Assembly (NCBI GenBank): GCA_964573185.1
Contig: CAZNIQ010000004.1
Location: forward strand, 3,679-35,678
Length of the DNA: 32,000 bases
Direction: 5' to 3'
From: Candidatus Woesearchaeota archaeon
GTDB taxonomy: Archaea; Nanobdellota; Nanobdellia; Nanobdellales; CAZNIQ01
Shown here piece after piece: positions 23,946 to 31,325 of the stretch (positions within the stretch are counted from its first letter, which is position 1; each line of letters begins with the position of its first letter). The notes beneath the pieces were generated by a model. That model was not told the DNA's origin, ran no database searches, and saw only the letters and a list, made by a program, of their open reading frames with translations. Made by a program: the position numbers and the translations under genes.

Positions 23946-24539
23946 ATGTGGAGGCAAAGAAAAACATGGGAAGGTCCTAGACATCCTTGGCAAAAACAAA
24001 GATTATTATATGAAAAGGAATTAATGAAAAAATATGGCTTAAAGAATAAAAGAGAAATTTGGAAAGCTGCTACAATTGCAAGAAAAATAAGAAAATATGT
24101 AAGACACTTATTCGCTTTAAAAGCCTTAGGTGTTGATGTTTCCAAAGAAGAACAAATAATTTTACAGAAATTAAAAAGATATGGTTTAATTCCAGAGAAT
24201 GGAACATTAGAAGATGCTTTGAACATTACAGTAGAGACAATTCTGGAGAGAAGATTGCAAACTATTGTTTGGAGGAAGGGGTTGGCAAGAACTCCTAGAC
24301 AAGCGAGACAATTAATTGTTCATGGCCACATAGTTATTGGGGATCAAGTGATAACCTCACCAAGCTATCTAGTTAAAAAAGAAGAGGAGGATAAAATTAC
24401 ATATCATCCTTTAAGTCCTTTAGCAAATCCAGAGCATCCTTTAAGGAAAGCAATTGAAGGAAAACTTGAACAAAAAGAAGAAACAGAAAAGCAAGAATCT
24501 GAAGAAAATAAGGAAGAACAAAAAGAAAATAAAGAATAG
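23946..24539 (+). CDS. rps4: 30S ribosomal protein S4 (uS4) with an acidic C-terminal tail
   Basis: GPRHPWQKQRLLYEKELMKKYGLKNKREIWKA...ARQLIVHGHIVIGDQVITSPSYLV. The tail is E/K-rich. Confidence 0.9.
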   Translation: MWRQRKTWEGPRHPWQKQRLLYEKELMKKYGLKNKREIWKAATIARKIRKYVRHLFALKALGVDVSKEEQIILQKLKRYGLIPENGTLEDALNITVETILERRLQTIVWRKGLARTPRQARQLIVHGHIVIGDQVITSPSYLVKKEEEDKITYHPLSPLANPEHPLRKAIEGKLEQKEETEKQESEENKEEQKENKE

Positions 24540-24551
24540 TTATTTTTCCCC

Positions 24552-24647
24552 TTAATGTGATTTTTTCCAAGTTAAATAAGCTAAATAAAAACCTATTGCA
24601 AAGAAAATTACTGTTAAAATCCAAAGTATAATAATTATTGTTTTCAT
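24552..24647 (-). CDS. possible 31-aa single-pass membrane peptide (MKTIIIILWILTVIFFAIGFYLAYLTWKKSH)
   Basis: Hand-translated ATG-to-TAA ORF in an otherwise empty 280-bp gap. There is no further support. Confidence 0.2.
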   Translation of the reverse strand: MKTIIIILWILTVIFFAIGFYLAYLTWKKSH

Positions 24648-24821
24648 TTTAATAAAATCATTTCAATTTGTATTTTTTCTACTTTGTCCTTTTTTATCCT
24701 TATCCTCAATAGCTAGTTTAACTGTAAAGTAAATAAGAAGAATAAGTAGCACAAATACTGGGTACTTTAAGTATTCAAGCCACTCATTATTCTTTATTAA
24801 GCTTTTTACTTTATATCACTT

Positions 24822-25871
24822 ATGGAAATCAAATACTACCATTTAAAAGATCAGGAATGTTTACTTCCTTGGGAAAAAGAAAAAAGAGAAATTCTTGTTA
24901 AAAAAGAAGCTGAGACGGATTGGAAATATGGAGAGGATCCTTGGAAAAGACCAATAGAAAAATTATTAAAATATGCTGTAATAAATTTAGACAAGCCCAA
25001 AGGTCCAACTTCCCATCAAGTAGTTTCGTGGGTTAGAGATATAGTAGGAGTTAAAGCAGGACATGGAGGTACTCTAGATCCAAAAGTTACAGGAGTGTTA
25101 CCAGTAGCTATAGGACAAGCTACTAAGGTTTTAAGGTATCTCCTAACAGCAGGTAAAGAATATGTTACCTTAATGATTTTACACAAGCCAGTACCTGAAG
25201 AAAAGATCTTTGAAGCCATAAAGAAATTCACGGGAGAAATTATTCAGTTACCGCCTTTAAAATCTGCTGTAAAGAGAAGGCCAAGAAAAAAGAAAGTATA
25301 TGATGTAAAAGTAATAGAGATTATAGACAACCGTTATGTTTTACTAAGAATTGCTACTGAAGCTGGGGTATATATAAGAAAATGGGTTCATGATATAGGA
25401 CAGTATTTAGGGGTAGGAGCACATATGCAAGAACTAAGAAGGACAAAAGCAGGTCCATTTAACGAAAAAGACCCAAATAAACCTTTAGTAACTTTACAGG
25501 ATATTGTTGATTCTTTGGCTTTCTGGAAGGAAGAAGGAAAAGAGAAGTATTTAAGAAAAGTTTTCTTACCACCTGAAGTTGCTGTAGAGCATATGCCGAA
25601 GATATGGATTTTAGATACTGCTGTATCTGCTGTAGCACATGGTGCCAACTTAGCTGTTCCGGGAATCGCAAAATTACACTCCGGAATAAAACCAGGGGAT
25701 TGGGTAGCAATTATGACTCTAAAGAACGAATTAGTAGCTATTGGGAAAGCTTTAATGACATCCGAAGAAATGCTAGAGAAAAATAGAGGAATAGCAGTTG
25801 ACGTAGAAAGGGTATTTATCGATAGAAACTTGTATCCGAAAGTATGGAAGAAGAAAGCACAGATACAATAA
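24822..25871 (+). CDS. cbf5: H/ACA RNP pseudouridine synthase Cbf5 (TruB family)
   Basis: NLDKPKGPTSHQVVSWVRDI...GHGGTLDPKVTGVLPVAIGQATK contains the catalytic Asp motif. A C-terminal PUA domain is present. Confidence 0.9.
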   Translation: MEIKYYHLKDQECLLPWEKEKREILVKKEAETDWKYGEDPWKRPIEKLLKYAVINLDKPKGPTSHQVVSWVRDIVGVKAGHGGTLDPKVTGVLPVAIGQATKVLRYLLTAGKEYVTLMILHKPVPEEKIFEAIKKFTGEIIQLPPLKSAVKRRPRKKKVYDVKVIEIIDNRYVLLRIATEAGVYIRKWVHDIGQYLGVGAHMQELRRTKAGPFNEKDPNKPLVTLQDIVDSLAFWKEEGKEKYLRKVFLPPEVAVEHMPKIWILDTAVSAVAHGANLAVPGIAKLHSGIKPGDWVAIMTLKNELVAIGKALMTSEEMLEKNRGIAVDVERVFIDRNLYPKVWKKKAQIQ

Positions 25872-25907
25872 AGTACACATTTTAAACTCTAAATAAAATT
25901 ATTAATA

Positions 25908-26330
25908 ATGGAACTAAAGGTAAAGAAGTTAGATCCAGAAGCAAAATTACCTGAATATAAAACTGAAGGAGCAGCAGGTTTGGATTTATATAGTACAGAA
26001 GAAGTAGAATTGAATCCTGGAGAAATAAAGGCAATAAGAACAGGTGTAGCAGTTGAGATTCCTAAGGGTTATTTTGGTCTAATTAAGGATCGCTCAGGTT
26101 TAGCATTAAAAGGAATACATGTTTTAGCAGGAGTAATAGATGAAGACTACAGAGGAGAAATTAAGGTAGTATTAATTAATTTAGGAAAAGAAAAGATAAA
26201 GATTGAAAAACATATGAGAATTGCGCAAATGATTATAATACCATATTTAAGGGTAAGAGTTGTTGAAACAGAAGAATTGAGTGAAACTCAAAGAGGAGAA
26301 AAAGGATTTGGCTCTACTGGTCTAAAATAA
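25908..26330 (+). CDS. dut: dUTP diphosphatase (trimeric dUTPase)
   Basis: Motifs present: GAAGLDLYS, GVIDEDYRGEI, RIAQMII and RGEKGFGSTG. Confidence 0.9.
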   Translation: MELKVKKLDPEAKLPEYKTEGAAGLDLYSTEEVELNPGEIKAIRTGVAVEIPKGYFGLIKDRSGLALKGIHVLAGVIDEDYRGEIKVVLINLGKEKIKIEKHMRIAQMIIIPYLRVRVVETEELSETQRGEKGFGSTGLK

Positions 26331-26359
26331 TTTTTAAAGCTAATTTTTAAATTTTTTCT

Positions 26360-27469
26360 ATGGAGACTCCATTTGAGAAATTAGTTCCGCAATCCGAAGG
26401 TCAAAAAAGGCTTAAGCAAGCTTTAGAAAGCAAGGACTATGAAATAATAGGAATATTCGGATTAACCGGTACTGGAAAGTCCTTATTCGCAATAACCTAC
26501 GGAGTTTCTGCAGTAATGAAAGGAGAGTATGATAGATTTATAATTGCAAGGCCAATAGTAGATATAGCAACATCTGAAGTAATGACAACAGCAGAGTTGA
26601 AGGAATTATATTTTAAGTTAGCATCAGAATATCTTGAGGATATTTTACCTAGAGAAGTATATAAAGAAATAAAGAAATTAATTGAAGAAGAAAAGGTAGT
26701 AATATCTGATCCGTATTACATAAGAGGGAGGACTTTTGATAACTCTATAATATTCTTAGATGATGCTCAGAATGTCCCTCCAGAAGTTTCCACAGAAATC
26801 TTGATGAGACTTGGTACTAACTCTAGATTGATAATAGCAGGAGACCCTGTATTGCAGAAGCCTTTGAGCGTAGAAAAGGATGGAGCAACTTTAATGAGAG
26901 AAATATTATTAAACGAGGAAAAAGCAATTGTTGTTGATTTAGGATTAAACGATATTACGAGACCTGGTGCTAGAAGGGGAATAAAGATAGCTTTTGAGTT
27001 AAAAATGAGAAAGAGACCTCTAAATGAAGAAGAAAGAAAAGTATTAGAATCTATTAATGTTCACGCACCAGACGCTGATGTTGTTACCGTAGTATATGCT
27101 AAGGACTTAAAAGAAAAATACGAATTGCCAGAATATACACCAGACGTTTTGATTATAGCTAAAGAAGGACATCAGGGAAGGGTAGTAGGTAAAGGTGGAG
27201 AAAGGATTACTAAAGTAGAGCAGGAAACAGGTTACAGAATTAAAGTGGTTGAGTGGAGACTAAACTTTGAAGAAATAATTTCAGCAATACATCCTGTACA
27301 AGATATTGGAGATTATATAAAAGAAGTAGATTTCAGGGGACCAGAATTAGTAGTGTTTATGAGAAGGAGATTAGGATCTTTCATTGGGCCTAAAGGATCT
27401 TTCATAAGATATGTTGATGGTGTGATGAGAAGGTTAATAGGCGTCGGCGTTAGGGGTTTAATGGAATAA
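26360..27469 (+). CDS. PhoH-like ATPase fused to KH RNA-binding domain(s)
   Basis: Walker A GLTGTGKS. Walker B IIFLDDAQN. KH motif GRVVGKGGERITKVEQETG and a second, GxxG-like motif IGPKGS. Confidence 0.75.
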   Translation: METPFEKLVPQSEGQKRLKQALESKDYEIIGIFGLTGTGKSLFAITYGVSAVMKGEYDRFIIARPIVDIATSEVMTTAELKELYFKLASEYLEDILPREVYKEIKKLIEEEKVVISDPYYIRGRTFDNSIIFLDDAQNVPPEVSTEILMRLGTNSRLIIAGDPVLQKPLSVEKDGATLMREILLNEEKAIVVDLGLNDITRPGARRGIKIAFELKMRKRPLNEEERKVLESINVHAPDADVVTVVYAKDLKEKYELPEYTPDVLIIAKEGHQGRVVGKGGERITKVEQETGYRIKVVEWRLNFEEIISAIHPVQDIGDYIKEVDFRGPELVVFMRRRLGSFIGPKGSFIRYVDGVMRRLIGVGVRGLME

Positions 27470-27471
27470 AG

Positions 27472-27481
27472 TATTTAAATA
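27472..27481 (+). promoter_or_regulatory. TATA-like box (TATTTAAATA) for tRNA-Leu
   Basis: It spans -32 to -23 relative to the first nucleotide of the mature tRNA (27504). Confidence 0.4.
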
Positions 27482-27503
27482 CAATATCTTTATTTTTAAT
27501 TAC

Positions 27504-27590
27504 GCGGCGGTGCCCGAGCCTGGACAAAGGGGTCGGGCTTAAGACCCGATGGCCTTAGGGCCGCCCGGGGTTCAAATCCCCGCCGCCGCA
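27504..27590 (+). tRNA. tRNA-Leu (anticodon UAA), class II with a long variable arm
   Basis: Acceptor stem GCGGCGG/CCGCCGC. Anticodon stem TCGGG/CCCGA with loop CTTAAGA. Variable arm TGGCCTTAGGGCCGC. T arm CGGGG-TTCAAAT-CCCCG. Discriminator A. Confidence 0.9.
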
Positions 27591-27631
27591 AGAAACTTTA
27601 TACGTTTTAGTCATTAATTAAAAAGCCTTAT

Positions 27632-29974
27632 ATGCAAGAGTTAAAACTAGAAGAAGTTTTCGAATCTTTACATTCTTCTCCCCAAGGATTATCCGAAGAA
27701 GAGGCTCAAAGGAGATTAAAGATTTATGGCGAAAACACCGTTGAAAGAGAAAAACACCAACTATTAAAATTTTTAATTAGAGTTATTTTAAATCCAGTTA
27801 ATGTAATGATTTTATCTGCAGCTCTTCTATCTTTCTTAATAGGACATATCCATGATGCTTATTTTATTTTATTTCTCTTTATTTTAAACGTTTTCATAAT
27901 CTTTTATCAAGAATTTAAAAGTGAAAAGTACTTGGAGGAATTAAGAAAGAAATTGGAAAGACATGTTGAAGTTTTAAGAGATGGTAAATGGAAATGGATT
28001 CCCGCAAGATATATTGTACCGGGAGATATTGTAAGATTGAATGCAGGTGAAACTGTTCCTGCTGATATAAAAATAATAGAAGCAGAAAATCTTTTAGTTG
28101 ACGAATCTGCAATAACTGGTGAATCTTTACCTGTAGAAAAAAGTGTTGGTGATGTTCTATATGCTCCAAGCATAATTAAGAGAGGTAAATGTATTGGTAT
28201 AGTCGTTGCTACCGGAATTCATGCAAAATACGGTCAATTAATAAATTTAGTTCAAACAACGAAAAGCAAAAGCAATTTAGAAAAAACTATATTGAAAATA
28301 GGTATTTTCTTAATGATTTTGGCTTTTACACTTATCATTACATCTTCAATAAAATTATTTCTTGAAGGTAAAAGTATTTACGATATCTTACTTTTTGATT
28401 TAGCCTTATTAGTTTCTGCTATTCCAACAGCCTTACCCGCAGTTGTCTCTTCGATTCTTTTAGTCTCTTCTTATAATTTAGCTAAAAGAAATATTTTAGT
28501 TAGAAGGTTATCCTCTGTATTTGACATAGCTCAAATGAACATGCTTTGTACCGATAAAACAGGTACATTAACTGAAAATAAGATACGATTGGATAAAATT
28601 GTTCCAGTAAATGCTACAGAAGAAGAAGTTTTGAAATACGCTTTTCTAGCTTCCGATCCTTCTTCGGGGGATCCAATAGATACCGCAATAGCGGAAAAAG
28701 TAAAAGAAAAAAGAATTGAAATAAAGGAAAAAGTAATAAAGTTCGAACCATATGATTCCGTTAGAAAATATTCTTATGCTATTTTAGAAGGAAATGTTGT
28801 TGTTAAGAAAGGGAGTCCTGAAAGGTTATTAGAAGAAATAAAAGCTCCAAAAGAATACTACGATATTTTAGATAAGCTTTATGAAGAAGGTTATAGAGTA
28901 CTTGCTGTAATTAAAAATAACGAACTTTTAGGATTCTTAGCTTTCTATGATCCACCTAGAAAGGATGCCCCTATATTTATTAAAGAGCTCAAGGATTTAG
29001 GATTAAAAATTAAGATGCTTACTGGAGATTCTAAAAAGATTGCAATAAAAGTTGCAAAAGAAGTTGGAATAGAAGGACCTGCAATAAGTAGAAAGGAAAT
29101 GTATAGAATAGCTACAAAACAACATTTTGATTTTATAGCAGAAAGATATAATATTTTTGCAGAAATTTATCCTGAAGATAAATACAGAATCGTTGAAAGT
29201 TTAAAGAAAAGGTACTATATAGGAGTTACAGGAGACGGTGTAAATGATATAGGTGCTTTCAAAGTTGCAAACGTTGGGATAGCAGTATATAACGCTGTAC
29301 AAGCTGCTAAAGAATTTGCAGATTTAATTCTAACAGCCCCAGGTCTAAAACAGTTGGTTGATGCAATAAAGGAAGCTAGAAGAGGTTTCAAGAGAATAGA
29401 AAATTATGTGATTTACAGAATAGCGGAAAATATTAGATTTCCGTTCTTTGTAACATTATCTTTGTTTTTATATGATGTAAAGCTTTCTCCAATTTTTATG
29501 CTAATGTTAACAATCCTAAATGACATTCCAATAATTGCAGTTGCTTTTGACAATGTTAATTATTCAAGAAAACCTTGCAAATTTAATTTAAGAACAATTT
29601 TAATAATTTCATTAATATTAGGTTTTATAGGAGTTTTAAATAGTTTGCTCTACTTATTCTTAATTAAAAGATACTTGCCTCTTGAGCTATTGGAAGCTTT
29701 TCTATTTCTAAAATTGCTACTTACGGGACACTTTCTGTTATTTGTTGTTAGAACTAGAGAAGAATTTTGGTTTCAAAATCCACCGAAAGGAGTTCTTCTA
29801 ATATCTACCATATCAACACAGATCATTGGAACTTTAATAATCTTGTTTCTAATTTTAGAATATTACAAAGCAAACGTAGTTTATTTGTTATTAGTTCTAT
29901 TCACATGGATCTATGCTTTCTTATGGATGAATATAACAGATTTTATTAAGGTTTTGATCTTTAGAAAAATGTGA
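27632..29974 (+). CDS. P-type cation-transporting ATPase (plasma-membrane H+-ATPase-like, P3/MJ1226-type)
   Basis: Motifs present: TGES, CTDKTGTLTENK, MLTGDS and GDGVNDIGAFKVANVGIAV. The sequence has about 10 hydrophobic segments and a PMA-like N-terminus (EEAQRRLKIYGEN). Confidence 0.85.
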   Translation: MQELKLEEVFESLHSSPQGLSEEEAQRRLKIYGENTVEREKHQLLKFLIRVILNPVNVMILSAALLSFLIGHIHDAYFILFLFILNVFIIFYQEFKSEKYLEELRKKLERHVEVLRDGKWKWIPARYIVPGDIVRLNAGETVPADIKIIEAENLLVDESAITGESLPVEKSVGDVLYAPSIIKRGKCIGIVVATGIHAKYGQLINLVQTTKSKSNLEKTILKIGIFLMILAFTLIITSSIKLFLEGKSIYDILLFDLALLVSAIPTALPAVVSSILLVSSYNLAKRNILVRRLSSVFDIAQMNMLCTDKTGTLTENKIRLDKIVPVNATEEEVLKYAFLASDPSSGDPIDTAIAEKVKEKRIEIKEKVIKFEPYDSVRKYSYAILEGNVVVKKGSPERLLEEIKAPKEYYDILDKLYEEGYRVLAVIKNNELLGFLAFYDPPRKDAPIFIKELKDLGLKIKMLTGDSKKIAIKVAKEVGIEGPAISRKEMYRIATKQHFDFIAERYNIFAEIYPEDKYRIVESLKKRYYIGVTGDGVNDIGAFKVANVGIAVYNAVQAAKEFADLILTAPGLKQLVDAIKEARRGFKRIENYVIYRIAENIRFPFFVTLSLFLYDVKLSPIFMLMLTILNDIPIIAVAFDNVNYSRKPCKFNLRTILIISLILGFIGVLNSLLYLFLIKRYLPLELLEAFLFLKLLLTGHFLLFVVRTREEFWFQNPPKGVLLISTISTQIIGTLIILFLILEYYKANVVYLLLVLFTWIYAFLWMNITDFIKVLIFRKM

Positions 29975-31296
29975 AAATAAATGTAGCGGTAATATTTCCA
30001 AACAAGAAGCATGGAGGAATTTATTCACTCGGACCTATGTATGTTGAAACTTACTTTAATTTAGATAAAAGATTTGAGGCAAAAAGATATTTTTTAGATG
30101 ATTTACCAAAAGGAAGACATCATATTTACATTTTTTCCATATCTTATGAATTGGATCTTCCAAAAGTACCAAAGATTTTAAAGAAACTTGGAATACCTCT
30201 GAATAAAGAAAAGAGAGAAGAATTAGTTATTGCTGGGGGACCTGCCGTTAGAATAAACCCTTATTATTTGAAAGATATTATTGATTTTGAAATCTTAGGT
30301 GAAGCAGAAGCAACAATTCCATATTTATATGATCCTCTATATAATTATTTTAAACATAAAAATAAGGGAAAGTTATTTGAAGAGATAAAAGATATTAACG
30401 GTATTTTTATTCCAGAGATAAAAGAAAAGGAAGAACACCCTTATATAGAAAATTTAGACGAAAGTATACATCCTATTTACCAACCCTTACCTAAAAAATT
30501 AACGAGGAAATATGTGTTTGGTAATGCTTTTATTTTAGAAGTTGCAAGATCTTGTCCTTTTAATTGCGCATTCTGTGACGTTAAATTTCTGTACAAGAAA
30601 TTTAGATTTAGATCTTTAGAAAAACTAAAGGAAATAATAAATTTAGGTTTAAAAATTAATGGGAAAAAGAAAATAGCATTGATTTCTCCTACACTTGTCC
30701 ATCCTAACCTATTTGATCTACTACATTATATTTTAGAAGAAAAGAAAACAAAATTTATGTTACCATCTTTAAGAGCTGAATTATTATTAAATGATAAGAT
30801 GTTAGAATTTATTAAGAGATCTGGTCAGAGAACTATTACATTAGCTCCAGAAACTGGATCTGAAGAATTAAGATTTCAATTGAATAAAAGAATTCCTGAT
30901 TGGGTCTTCTTTGAAATAGCTAAAAAAGCTAAAAATTACGGTATTAAAGAATTGAAGTTCTACTTTATTGTTGGGTTGCCGAATCAAGATATGGATGACG
31001 CTTATAGAATAGTGGAGTTTATTAAGAAAATAAAGGAATTATTCAAAGGGAAGATTTATGTTTCTGTAAATCCTTTTGTTCCAAAGAGAGGAAGCCTCTT
31101 AGAAAATGCTCCTTTCGATGAGAAGAAATCTAGAAAGATGATACAAATATTAAAGAAAGAATTTCGGAAATTAAAAATAAGGTATAAATTTAAGAGTATT
31201 AAAACTGCAAAGAAAGAATATTTAATTCAATGGGAACGCCGCCGCGGGGATTTGAACCCCGGACCTGCCGGTATCAACCGCCCCCACCCCGGCTAA
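29971..31296 (+). CDS. radical SAM protein (B12-binding-like N-terminus, COG1032-like)
   Basis: CxxxCxxC motif ARSCPFNCAFCDV. 441 aa. The last 20 or so codons are the antisense of the tRNA-Asn 3' exon and GC clamp. Confidence 0.7.
   Translation: MKINVAVIFPNKKHGGIYSLGPMYVETYFNLDKRFEAKRYFLDDLPKGRHHIYIFSISYELDLPKVPKILKKLGIPLNKEKREELVIAGGPAVRINPYYLKDIIDFEILGEAEATIPYLYDPLYNYFKHKNKGKLFEEIKDINGIFIPEIKEKEEHPYIENLDESIHPIYQPLPKKLTRKYVFGNAFILEVARSCPFNCAFCDVKFLYKKFRFRSLEKLKEIINLGLKINGKKKIALISPTLVHPNLFDLLHYILEEKKTKFMLPSLRAELLLNDKMLEFIKRSGQRTITLAPETGSEELRFQLNKRIPDWVFFEIAKKAKNYGIKELKFYFIVGLPNQDMDDAYRIVEFIKKIKELFKGKIYVSVNPFVPKRGSLLENAPFDEKKSRKMIQILKKEFRKLKIRYKFKSIKTAKKEYLIQWERRRGDLNPGPAGINRPHPG
31278..31293. 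repeat. GC clamp arm (inverted repeat partner of 31848-31863)
   Basis: On the plus strand, CCGCCCCCACCCCGGC here is the perfect 16/16 reverse complement of GCCGGGGTGGGGGCGG at 31848-31863. Confidence 0.9.
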
Positions 31297-31325
31297 AAAT
31301 TTAAATCTACAAAATAATTATTAAA

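Noticed and set aside
24650-24821. A second small hydrophobic ORF on the minus strand (...EWLEYLKYPVFVLLILLIYFTVKLAIEDKDKKGQSRKNTN).
   Set aside because: No in-frame ATG, GTG or TTG start lies upstream of the hydrophobic segment, apart from an internal GTG that would give about 30 aa. It is unsupported.
31175-31296. The Gly/Pro/Arg-rich C-terminal tails of the radical SAM ORF (RRRGDLNPGPAGINRPHPG) and of the LAGLIDADG ORF (AGVGAVTASALSVGRSTGLSYGG, 31848-31916) as functional domains.
   Set aside because: They are simply translations of antisense GC-rich tRNA sequence, which happens to lack stop codons.
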